Below are positions 29,567-38,346 of a DNA stretch of 64,000 nucleotides, one piece after another (within the stretch, counting starts at the first letter, position 1; each line of letters begins with the position of its first letter). The stretch covers positions 224,001 through 288,000 of the forward strand of contig CAXXLQ010000004.1 in assembly GCA_963668695.2 (NCBI GenBank). Reading direction: 5' to 3'. A program made the position numbers and the translations under genes. The stretch is from Vicinamibacteria bacterium. Its GTDB lineage: Bacteria; Acidobacteriota; Vicinamibacteria; Marinacidobacterales; Marinacidobacteraceae. The notes under the pieces were generated by a model. It did no database searches. It was not told the origin of the DNA and was given only the letters and a program-made list of their open reading frames with translations.

Positions 29567-31123
29567 CTACCGCACCGTCACCCGGGAGCGCTCGGCCAAA
29601 GTCCCCTGCGCGCGCTCTACCGCCACGATGGCCTTGTTGTAGTCGATGATCGCCTGCAGCTCGTTCGCCCGGGCCTGAGCGAGGTCGCGCTGGGCCTGAA
29701 CGATGAAATAGCTGGTGGTCATCCCCACCTCGAACTTCTTCTGCTCCGCATCGAGGCGCTGTTCCTCCAGCCCGCGGGCGACCCGGCTGGCATCGATCCG
29801 TCTCCGGTTGGTCTGCACTTGCCGCACCGCCGTGCGGACTTCCTGGGCGATCTGGATTTCCTGCTGCCGGATCGTTTCGCGCTGCCGGGTGACATCGGTC
29901 TGCGCCTGGGCCTGGTTCGCGTGGGCCTGATTGGGCCCGATGGGATAGGAGAAGGAGAGACCCAGTCGCCAGTCGCGGAAGTCAAACCCGCCCATCTGGG
30001 AGAGCGCATCCGCGTACCCCCCGGGAATCGTCGCGGTCGCGGGCCCGAAGAACCCGTCGCGGATCAGTTCGGTCCCGCCGACTCCGGTGAGCTGGACGAG
30101 GCCCACCAGATCCACCTGGGGGAGGGTCTGGTTGCGGAAGAACCGGACGTCGTATTCATTGCTGTCGAGCTGGACGCGCTGGGAGCGCACCTCGGGACGG
30201 CGCTGCAGCGCCACCCGGATTGCGTCATCGAAGTTCACCTCGTAATCCTCGACGGAGGGCGCGTCCAGCGGCCGGATTTCGTCATCCCAGAATCCGGGGC
30301 CGTCCGGGTCGCGGATCAGCACCTTCAGAGCGTCTTCGGTCTGGCGGATCTGCTCTTCGGCAATGATGAGCGCCTCCTCGCGGGCCGCCACCTCGGCCTC
30401 CGCCTGCAGCACGTCGATGGGCGCCATCGTCCCCACTTCCACCTGCACCTGGTTGTTCCGTAGCAGATCGCGCGCCAGGTCGAGCGACTGCACCTCCACC
30501 TCGTAGATCCGGATCGCGAAGACGAGATCCCAGTAGGCGTTCTGAACGTCCCGCAGTACATCGAGCACACTCCGTTCAAAGTCGTGCCCGGCCTGACGCT
30601 CCCCGTTTTGGGAAACCGTGATCTGCCGCCGCTGCGGGTCGGCGCGGAAGTTCTGGAGCAGCGGCTGGGTGACCTGGGCGTTCAACGTGCTCCGGTAGCG
30701 CGGGTTGAAGGTGGAGAAGGCGCTGTTCGTGGCGAAGCGGTTGTTGTTGAACTGGACCGAATAGTTGGCCCCGAAGGGAAGCAGCTGCTGGAACTGCAGG
30801 TTGTAGTTCATCGTGTCGCGCTCGTTCTGGTCCGCGCCGTCCAACTGGGTTTCCGAGGGCGACAGGCTCTGCTGGAGGTTCGTGTCCAGCACCAGACTCG
30901 GGGTGTACACCCGCCGGGCCGCCGAGAGCGCGAAGCCGGAAGACTGCCGGGCCAACCGCGAAATTTGAATGCTCAGGTTGTTCTCGAGCGCCTGCTGGAC
31001 GGCGTCGTCGAGGCTCAGCTCGAGTGGCGCCTGCTGGCCGCTGCCGTCCTCCTCGGGAGGACCGGCGAAGGCCATGCCGGCGAGGCCCAGCGAAAGGACA
31101 AGAATCGCGGTGGTGGTGCGCAT
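29567..31123 (-). CDS. TolC-family outer membrane efflux protein
   Basis: Signal peptide, LSLDDAVQQALENNL, AYWDL, RRPEV, QAQRDL; RBS AGGAG before ATG 31123. Confidence 0.88.
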   Translation of the reverse strand: MRTTTAILVLSLGLAGMAFAGPPEEDGSGQQAPLELSLDDAVQQALENNLSIQISRLARQSSGFALSAARRVYTPSLVLDTNLQQSLSPSETQLDGADQNERDTMNYNLQFQQLLPFGANYSVQFNNNRFATNSAFSTFNPRYRSTLNAQVTQPLLQNFRADPQRRQITVSQNGERQAGHDFERSVLDVLRDVQNAYWDLVFAIRIYEVEVQSLDLARDLLRNNQVQVEVGTMAPIDVLQAEAEVAAREEALIIAEEQIRQTEDALKVLIRDPDGPGFWDDEIRPLDAPSVEDYEVNFDDAIRVALQRRPEVRSQRVQLDSNEYDVRFFRNQTLPQVDLVGLVQLTGVGGTELIRDGFFGPATATIPGGYADALSQMGGFDFRDWRLGLSFSYPIGPNQAHANQAQAQTDVTRQRETIRQQEIQIAQEVRTAVRQVQTNRRRIDASRVARGLEEQRLDAEQKKFEVGMTTSYFIVQAQRDLAQARANELQAIIDYNKAIVAVERAQGTLAERSRVTVR

Positions 31124-31266
31124 GGGGTGTCTCCTGCGGAAAGAACGGGGGAGCGGCCCGGCGAGGATCTCATCTACAAGACGCGCCCAGCCCGAATTTT
31201 CTACGGTCGTTCCATGAATACGAACCTGCCCCTCGTGGGGTTTCCCCACTGAGGCCGGAACGCGCG

Positions 31267-32295
31267 ATGGGGACACCGGTTCGCGTCCGATTGGATCTCG
31301 CGTACGACGGGACGGACTTCGCCGGCTGGCAGCACCAACCGGACCGGGACACCATACAACGCCGGATCGAGGCAGCGGCACGCCGACTCTACCGGCTGGC
31401 TCCGGACGAAAGGACACCCGTGGTCGGTGCGGGGAGGACTGACGCGGGAGTCCATGCCGAGCGACAGGTAGCCCACTTCGACGCCCCTTTGGTGATTCCG
31501 CCGGCCGGGATTCGGGCGGGTTTGAATGGCCTGCTCCCGGACTCGATTCGAGTCCTCGCCGCCGCCGAGACGGCACCGGACTTCCACGCCCGGTTCGATG
31601 CAACGGGCAAGACCTATCGATATCACCTGCTCACCGAACCGGTGGTCACTCCGCTTCAGACCCGGTACGCCTGGCCCGTGGGTGACAGGCTCTCCCGGGA
31701 GGCCATGGAAGAGGCCGCCGCCGCCTTGGTGGGCCGCCACGACTTCCGGGCGTTTTTCACCGCTCCACCCGGGGAAGAGCCACGGACTCCAGTTCGGAAC
31801 ATCTTCACGGCGCGCTTTGACCAAAGAGAGAACATGCTGGTCTTCGAGGTCGCAGCGGACGGATTCCTGCGCTACATGGTTCGCCGGATGGTCGGAACCC
31901 TGGTGGCGGTCGGGCGGGGGCAGCTTCCTCCGGATCGGGTGGGTGCGTTACTCCGCGACCCGGAGCTGCCGGGCCCCCGGTTCCGGGCGCCCGCCGCCGG
32001 GCTCCGGCTCTACCGGGTTCACTACGACGGCGGCTCCTTAGCAGCCTGTGGTGGAACTCTGAAGGCATCCATTCGCGGCGCGCAACGCCGCGGGGGTGGG
32101 GTGTGGGGAGGGGTTTCCCCTCCCCACGAAAGACGGTGGAGTGAATCGCGCAGCGATTCGCACCGCCAACCTGTGGGGAAAGCGCCCTGCACGCACACAA
32201 ACCGCCAGATTCGGCGCGCGGGACGTCCCGGGGCTCGTGCGGGGTGCTTTCACCACAGGCTGTTGGGCAAGCGCCACTCGCAACGCGCGGGCTGA
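31267..32295 (+). CDS. truA: tRNA pseudouridine(38-40) synthase with a repeat-derived C-terminal insertion
   Basis: AYDGTDFAGWQ, AGRTDAGVHA, FHARF, G.HDF.AF, GFLRYMVR, APAAGL. Confidence 0.95.
   Translation: MGTPVRVRLDLAYDGTDFAGWQHQPDRDTIQRRIEAAARRLYRLAPDERTPVVGAGRTDAGVHAERQVAHFDAPLVIPPAGIRAGLNGLLPDSIRVLAAAETAPDFHARFDATGKTYRYHLLTEPVVTPLQTRYAWPVGDRLSREAMEEAAAALVGRHDFRAFFTAPPGEEPRTPVRNIFTARFDQRENMLVFEVAADGFLRYMVRRMVGTLVAVGRGQLPPDRVGALLRDPELPGPRFRAPAAGLRLYRVHYDGGSLAACGGTLKASIRGAQRRGGGVWGGVSPPHERRWSESRSDSHRQPVGKAPCTHTNRQIRRAGRPGARAGCFHHRLLGKRHSQRAG
32042..32262. mobile_element. Type B MITE-like element in frame in truA
   Basis: CAGCCTGTGGTGGAA / TTTCACCACAGGCTG; flanks TTAG/TTGG 225 bp apart. 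Confidence 0.85.
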
Positions 32296-32348
32296 TAGGC
32301 GTTGCGGGCGAAGGCTCCCGCCGTGCGGGCCTGCCCCGTCGCTGCGAG

Positions 32349-32757
32349 CAGCCGGTGGACAAAGTGAGGTGAGCGCCGCAAGTGGCCAGTGCTTCCGATG
32401 CGTGAGGGAGGAATACCGGGTGTATTTCGACCGAAACGCAACGATGAGCGGCGCGCAGCGACGCGGTGAACAGCCGGGATGGATCGCCGGCCGTTTCCGG
32501 AGCGGGGCGCAAGCACCGCGGAGACCCCGGAGCGGAAGGGACGGGGGGCGGGACCACCCGACCCCCATCCCTTCTTGGCTCGGGAACGCCGTGTGGGTTT
32601 CATTACCGGCTGTTTTGGCAGGGATGCATCGACGCTCGTTTCCGGAGCGGGGCGCAAGCACCGCGGAGACCCCGGAGCAGAAGGGACGGGGGGCGGGGGC
32701 TACCCGACCCCCATCCCTTCTGGCTCGGGAACGCCGCGTGACTTTGTCCACAGGCTG
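32349..32757. mobile_element. Composite type A element carrying two copies of an extra ~95-bp module
   Basis: CAGCCGGTGGACAAAGT / ACTTTGTCCACAGGCTG; duplicated TTTCCGGAGCGGGGCGCAAGCACCGCGGAGACCCCGG...CTCGGGAACGCCG. Confidence 0.85.
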
Positions 32758-32773
32758 CTAAATTGGCTGGTCC

Positions 32774-33544
32774 GTGCCCGGGAGTTCCGCGACCTTCGAC
32801 ATCGCTCCCGAGGAGGAAACCGCCGAGCTCCTCGCGCGAGTTGATCGCACCCGGCTGCCGCTTCATGTGGCGGCCATCATGGACGGAAACGGGCGCTGGG
32901 CTGCCGCCCGGGGACTCCAGCGAGTGGAGGGACACGCGGCCGGGGTGGAGTCGGTCCGGGATACCGTGGAGGGCGCCGCCGGTCTCGGACTCGGGGCCCT
33001 CACCATGTTCGCCTTTTCCATCGAGAACTGGAGCCGGCCGGCCGAGGAGGTCGAGGTGCTCATGGAGCTGGTCAAGCGGTACCTCCGGCTCGAAACCGAG
33101 CATCTGATCGCCAACGACATCCGGTTCCGGCCGATCGGCCGATTGAGCGAGTTGCCTGCCGATGTCCAGGTCATGCTGCAGGAGACCTCCGAGGCCACCG
33201 CGAACTGCCAGGGGCTCAGCCTCAACATCGCCCTGAACTACGGGGGCCGGGCGGAGATCGTGGATGCGGCCCGGCGGATCGCGGAACGGGCGGCGCGCGA
33301 GGGCAGAGTGCCCGATTTCGACGAGCACACCTTCGGCGAATATCTCTACACCCGGGGCCTTCCCGATCCGGACCTCCTGATCCGCACCAGCGGCGAGGTG
33401 AGGGTCTCCAATTTCCTCCTCTTCCAGAGCGCCTATACGGAGTTTTGGACGACGCCTACTCTCTGGCCGGATTTCCGGCGGCGGCACCTCTTCGAGGCCA
33501 TCCTCGCCTACCAGTGCCGCAGCCGGAGGTACGGCGGCATCTGA
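32774..33544 (+). CDS. uppS: Undecaprenyl diphosphate synthase
   Basis: IMDGNGRWA, FSIENWSRP, NYGGRAEI, IRTSGE.RVSNF, RRYGG. Confidence 0.96.
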   Translation: MPGSSATFDIAPEEETAELLARVDRTRLPLHVAAIMDGNGRWAAARGLQRVEGHAAGVESVRDTVEGAAGLGLGALTMFAFSIENWSRPAEEVEVLMELVKRYLRLETEHLIANDIRFRPIGRLSELPADVQVMLQETSEATANCQGLSLNIALNYGGRAEIVDAARRIAERAAREGRVPDFDEHTFGEYLYTRGLPDPDLLIRTSGEVRVSNFLLFQSAYTEFWTTPTLWPDFRRRHLFEAILAYQCRSRRYGGI

Positions 33545-33657
33545 CAGCCCGTGGACCAAGCGCCCCGCATCACGCCAAACCTGGCAAAACACGGGAAGTC
33601 TTGTCTTCTTCGCATGCGGGGCCCTCGGGACGGCGGCTGACCTTTCGCGACAGGTCG
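33545..33657. repeat. Short degenerate type B-related element
   Basis: CAGCCCGTGGACCAAGCGCCCCGCAT...ATGCGGGGC hairpin directly after the uppS TGA; 3' part resembles 40605-40623. Confidence 0.55.
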
Positions 33658-33679
33658 CTGGGGATTCCCGGGGGGTGAC

Positions 33680-34513
33680 GTGCGGCGAGTGATCAGCGCG
33701 ACAGTGGTCGCCGCGGGCGTGCTGGCTCTTTGTTTGCTCGTGCCTCCCTGGGTTCGGCAGGCCGCCATCCTGTTCGCGGCGATCTACGCGTGCCGCGAAG
33801 CCGTCCGTTTCGCCGACGCCATTTTTCGGCCGCCAGAGGTACCGGGCACGGCAGGAACCCCTTCCATCCGGACTTCCGGGCTGCTCGTGACCGCGTTGTT
33901 GATGCTGGGGCTGGCCAGCCTTGGCCTGCCGGGCTCTCTCGATTGGTTGGACGCGGTGCCAGCACTCCTGATGGTCGGACTCGGGCTCTTCACACTCACC
34001 CTCCCGCAGACTCCCGCCGCACTTGGATCGCTTGGGGCCATGTTCCTCGCCGCCACTTGGATCGGGCTTCCGACGGCGGCGCTTCTCGCCCTCAGCGCCG
34101 GTGACAGCGGCGGGCGGGCCCTCCTCTTTCTCCTTACCACCGTGATGGTGGGAGAGGCCGGCGCCTTCTTCGGGGGCAAACTGGTTGGCGGCCCCCGGCT
34201 CGCGCCCTCGCTGAGCCCTGGCAAGACATGGGCCGGCTTCGTTTCCCAACTGACGGTGGGGGCGGCGGTCGGAGCGGCAGCCGCCCCCCTGCTTCCAGGT
34301 CAGCCGGACCTGGTCACGGCAGCCGTGCTTGGCGTTTGGCTCTCGGCGGCGGCAGCCCTTGGTGATCTCTTTGAGTCGTTCTGGAAGCGTGCCGCCGGGC
34401 GCAAGGACAGCGGGCGAATCATCCCCGGACACGGCGGCCTGCTCGACCGGATCGACGGCGTGCTGTTCGGGGCGCTCGCCCTGGCGGCGGCCACCGTCGT
34501 TGTTCCCATCTGA
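33680..34513 (+). CDS. cdsA: Phosphatidate cytidylyltransferase
   Basis: SPGKTWAG, GDLFES.WKR..G.KDSG.IIPGHGGLLDRIDG. Confidence 0.94.
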   Translation: MRRVISATVVAAGVLALCLLVPPWVRQAAILFAAIYACREAVRFADAIFRPPEVPGTAGTPSIRTSGLLVTALLMLGLASLGLPGSLDWLDAVPALLMVGLGLFTLTLPQTPAALGSLGAMFLAATWIGLPTAALLALSAGDSGGRALLFLLTTVMVGEAGAFFGGKLVGGPRLAPSLSPGKTWAGFVSQLTVGAAVGAAAAPLLPGQPDLVTAAVLGVWLSAAAALGDLFESFWKRAAGRKDSGRIIPGHGGLLDRIDGVLFGALALAAATVVVPI

Positions 34514-34537
34514 CGGTCCGGCATGCTCGGTCTGGAA

Positions 34538-34557
34538 CCGGCGTCGGCGGACGCCGG
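34538..34557. terminator. Hairpin between convergent cdsA and rseP
   Basis: CCGGCGTC-GGCG-GACGCCGG. Confidence 0.5.
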
Positions 34558-34561
34558 CCAG

Positions 34562-35878
34562 TCAGCCCAGCAGACCGGTCTTCGAAAGGTCCAGGTAGAT
34601 CACCAGCACGAAGACCAGCAACATGAAAGCGGCGCCCGCGACCATCAGCCCCTTCCGCACGCCGAGGCTGAGATCGCGACGGGCCGCCGATTCAACGAGC
34701 AGCACGGCGATCTGCCCGCCGTCGAGGACAGGAATTGGCAGCAGGTTGAGCACTCCAAGGCTCAGGCTCAGGATCGCCATGAGCAACAGTACTTCCGTGG
34801 GACCGCGTCGGATGGCGTCGCCGGAGGCCTGCGCGATCCCGATGGGGCCCGAGAACTGGCGTGGTGAGCCCTGCCCCCGAATCACGCGGCCAAGCTGGCC
34901 AACCGTGAGGCTTCCCCAGCGCGCGGTCTCGGCGATCGCTTCCCGTAGCGCGTCCGGAATCGATTCCGCCCTCACTTTGCGGAAGGGCGGCCGAAAGTAC
35001 ACACCGACCTGGGGAGAAGGTTCGCCGCCGTCCGGATTCTCAGCGAGCTGCGGCGTGACCGGAACAACGATTTCCCTGCCGGCTCGCTCGATTCCAAGGG
35101 AGATCTCCCGGGTCCCGGCGGAGCGCACGAACGCCGCCACCTCGTTGGTACTTCCCACCCGGATGTCGTCCACCCGAACGATGAGATCGTCCGGACGAAT
35201 GCCGGCCGCCTCCGCGGGGCTGCCGGGTTTGACCGCATCGATGATTGGCGGCGCGGGAGGCCCGACCCCCGCGTAGCCCAACGCGTCGGGCCCCACGGAA
35301 GCCACCGTGACCGAGAACTGCGTGGGCGTTCCGCCTCGGTCCACCGCGAAGACGACCTCCTGGTCCGGCCGCACGATGATGTGCTCCATCGCGGTACGCC
35401 AGTCGGGAACCGGCTCACCGGCAATCGCCACGATCCGGTCTCCGGCCCGAACACCGGCAACGCTGGCCGGAGACCCCTCGGCGACGTAGGAAACGACCGG
35501 GGGATCGGAAAGGCCCACCCGCCGCTCCATCCCAAAATAGAAAAGCCCAGACAGGATCGCCACCGCCAGCACGAAATTCATGGCCGGGCCGGCGAAGAGG
35601 ATGGCGAGCCGTTCGCCGCGGGTCCGATTCTGGAGTTCGGCGGGGTCGCTCCCGCCCTGCCCCGGCGCGTCTCCTGCCATCTTGACGTAGCCGCCGAGCG
35701 GCAGCAGGCCGATGGTCCATTCGGTATCACCGACCCGCCGGCGGTAGATGTTGGGAGGGAATCCGATCGAGAAGGTCTCCACGCGGACTCCGATGAAGCG
35801 CGCCGCGAGGAAGTGGCCGAATTCGTGGACGACGACGAGCGTGCCCACCACGAGCACGAAAGCGAGGATGGTGAGCAT
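34562..35878 (-). CDS. rseP: RIP metalloprotease RseP
   Basis: HEFGH, PLGGYVKM, AGP..N, two PDZ domains, NLLPIPVLDGG. Confidence 0.95.
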   Translation of the reverse strand: MLTILAFVLVVGTLVVVHEFGHFLAARFIGVRVETFSIGFPPNIYRRRVGDTEWTIGLLPLGGYVKMAGDAPGQGGSDPAELQNRTRGERLAILFAGPAMNFVLAVAILSGLFYFGMERRVGLSDPPVVSYVAEGSPASVAGVRAGDRIVAIAGEPVPDWRTAMEHIIVRPDQEVVFAVDRGGTPTQFSVTVASVGPDALGYAGVGPPAPPIIDAVKPGSPAEAAGIRPDDLIVRVDDIRVGSTNEVAAFVRSAGTREISLGIERAGREIVVPVTPQLAENPDGGEPSPQVGVYFRPPFRKVRAESIPDALREAIAETARWGSLTVGQLGRVIRGQGSPRQFSGPIGIAQASGDAIRRGPTEVLLLMAILSLSLGVLNLLPIPVLDGGQIAVLLVESAARRDLSLGVRKGLMVAGAAFMLLVFVLVIYLDLSKTGLLG

Positions 35879-35887
35879 GGCCAGGAA

Positions 35888-37075
35888 CTAACCGGTAGCC
35901 GCCAGCGCCCGATCGGCGATGAGTTCCCGGGCGAAGGCGCGTGCCCAGGCATCGGCCCGGGCGACTCCTTCCAGGTCGTTCGGTTCTGTCGGCGAACGCG
36001 CGGCCAGTGTCTCAGCGACGACTGCGGGGATCCCGGGAAACGAAAGCCGGTGGTCCAGAAAAGCCTCCACCGCGGCCTCGTTCGCCGCGTTCAGTACCGC
36101 GGGCGCGTCACCTCCCGCAGCCAGCGCTTCGGCGGCGAGGCGGAGGCACGGAAAGCGATCCGGGTCGGGAGGTTCGAAGCGGAGATCGAGTGGCTGATCG
36201 AGCGGCAGTGGGGCGAGGCCTGTCGGAAGGCGCTCGGGCCAGGTCAGCGCATACTGCACCGGCGTGCGCATGTGGGTGACCCCGAGCTGGGCGAGGATCG
36301 AACCGTCCTCGAACTCGACCATGGAGTGCACCACGGACTGCGGATGCACCACTACGCGAATGGACTCCGGCGGCTGATCGAAGAGCCAGCGAGCCTCGAT
36401 CATCTCAAGGCCCTTGTTCATCATGGTGGCGGAATCGATAGTGATCTTGGGCCCCATCCGCCACGTCGGATGACGGAGCGCGGTTTCCGGAGTCGCTTCG
36501 GCGATCTCGAGGCTCGAGGCGGTACGGAACGGACCACCGGAAGCCGTCAGCCAGATGCGGCGGACGGGATCGCACCGGCCGGCGAGGCACTGGTGAATCG
36601 CCGCGTGCTCGCTATCCACGGGGATGAGCCGCGCCCCGGACGTTGCGGCGGCGCGGGTCATCACGGCCCCAGCGGCCACCAGGGATTCCTTGTTGGCGAG
36701 GCCCACCACCTTCCCACTGCGGAGCGCGGCCAGCGTCGGTCGAAGCCCGGCCGCGCCCACGATAGCCGACATGACGAATCCCGCATCCGGGAGAGTGGCT
36801 ACCCGCTCAAGGGCCGAGGGTCCGCCCTCAATTCCCAGGCCCGGCAGCCGGTGCCGATAGGCGCCCTCGAATTTTTCCGCCTCTTCCTCACTACCCAGCG
36901 CCACCAGGTCCGGCCGATAGCGCTCGCACAGGGATGCCAACCGCTCCGTCGAGCGGCCGGCGGCGAGGCCGGCAACCCGAAGCCGCTCGGGAAACCGGTC
37001 CACCACCTCGAGGGTCGTGGAACCGATCGAACCCGTCGCTCCCAGGATGGAGACGCCGCGGATTTCCGGGCTCAT
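35888..37075 (-). CDS. dxr: 1-deoxy-D-xylulose-5-phosphate reductoisomerase
   Basis: ILGATGSIG, LANKESLV, PVDSEH, TASGGPF, HPTW.MG.KITIDSATMMNKGLE. Confidence 0.97.
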   Translation of the reverse strand: MSPEIRGVSILGATGSIGSTTLEVVDRFPERLRVAGLAAGRSTERLASLCERYRPDLVALGSEEEAEKFEGAYRHRLPGLGIEGGPSALERVATLPDAGFVMSAIVGAAGLRPTLAALRSGKVVGLANKESLVAAGAVMTRAAATSGARLIPVDSEHAAIHQCLAGRCDPVRRIWLTASGGPFRTASSLEIAEATPETALRHPTWRMGPKITIDSATMMNKGLEMIEARWLFDQPPESIRVVVHPQSVVHSMVEFEDGSILAQLGVTHMRTPVQYALTWPERLPTGLAPLPLDQPLDLRFEPPDPDRFPCLRLAAEALAAGGDAPAVLNAANEAAVEAFLDHRLSFPGIPAVVAETLAARSPTEPNDLEGVARADAWARAFARELIADRALAATG

Positions 37076-37236
37076 CGTTTCGTAGTCACCTGTGGCAGGT
37101 CTGTTTTCCGTCGGCTCGACGATTGTAGAGCGGCGAGGCAGCCCACACCGGCGGGTGTCGTCTGCGTTCTGCAGGCCTCGCTGACCCTTTACGGACATCT
37201 GGGCCGCCGTTGCCGCTTAACATTCGTGGCCGCCAA

Positions 37237-38346
37237 ATGAAGATTGAACAACTCACCATCCGGGAACTCCGGCTCGATCTGAAGTACCCCTTCGAGACCA
37301 GCTTCGCGCGGGTCACGACGCAGCAGTTCCTCCTCCTTGAAGCTCGGGTGGATGGCGTCAGCGGCCATTCCGAGTGCGTCGCCGACGCCGCGCCGGGTTA
37401 TTCGTACGAGACGGTCCGGACCGCCGAACACGTAATCCGCGATTTCCTCTGGCCGCTGGCCGCCGCGAGCGACTACTCGCATCCGGACGAGGTCGCCCCC
37501 TCCTTCGCCCGCGTGCGAGGTCACAACATGGCCAAAGCCGCGATCGAGATGGCCGTCTGGGACGCCTTTGCGCGCCTCGAGGGCAAACCGCTCGCGGGCG
37601 TCCTGGGAGGAACCCGCTCACGCACGGTCTCCGGGGTCTCGATCGGCATCCAGGACACCGTGGAGCAGCTCCTCGAAAAGATCGGTCTCGAACTCTCCCG
37701 CGGCTATCGGCGGATCAAGATCAAGATCAAGCCGGGTTGGGACCTCGAAGTCGTGAAGCGAGTGCGGGAGCGCTATCCCGACATGCCGCTCATGGTGGAC
37801 GCGAATAGCGCCTACACCCTTAAGGACGAGCCGCTCTTCCGGGAACTCGATCGCTTCGGGCTGATGATGATCGAGCAGCCGCTAGCACACGATGACATCC
37901 GGGACCACGCCATCCTCCAGCGCAAGATTTCGACGCCGATCTGTCTCGACGAATCGGTGCATTCCGTCGCGGACGCGCGGCTGGCGATCGAGATGGCGGC
38001 GTGCCGCATCATTAACGTCAAGGCGGGGCGGGTCGGAGGACTCAGCTCGGCGCGGGACATCGCCGCCCTGGCCGAAAGTCACGGGATTCCGGTGTGGTGC
38101 GGCGGGATGTTGGAGAGCGGCGTCGGCCGGGCCCACAACATCCATCTTTCCTCGCTGTCCGGCTTCTCGATGCCGGGAGATGTGGCCGCCTCCGAGCGCT
38201 ACTTCACCGAGGAAATCATCGAGCCCCCAGTAACCGTGGATCCCGACGGTTCGCTCCCGATACCCGAGGGCGAGGGCATCGGGTTCGCGCTTCGGGAAGA
38301 CGTCATCCGCCGCCACACCCTTTGCGAGACCACGCTTTCCCCCTGA
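37237..38346 (+). CDS. menC: o-succinylbenzoate synthase / N-succinylamino acid racemase (enolase superfamily, NSAR/OSBS type)
   Basis: KIK, VDAN, IEQP, LDES, NVKAGRVGG, WCGGMLE; no other men genes nearby. Confidence 0.85.
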   Translation: MKIEQLTIRELRLDLKYPFETSFARVTTQQFLLLEARVDGVSGHSECVADAAPGYSYETVRTAEHVIRDFLWPLAAASDYSHPDEVAPSFARVRGHNMAKAAIEMAVWDAFARLEGKPLAGVLGGTRSRTVSGVSIGIQDTVEQLLEKIGLELSRGYRRIKIKIKPGWDLEVVKRVRERYPDMPLMVDANSAYTLKDEPLFRELDRFGLMMIEQPLAHDDIRDHAILQRKISTPICLDESVHSVADARLAIEMAACRIINVKAGRVGGLSSARDIAALAESHGIPVWCGGMLESGVGRAHNIHLSSLSGFSMPGDVAASERYFTEEIIEPPVTVDPDGSLPIPEGEGIGFALREDVIRRHTLCETTLSP

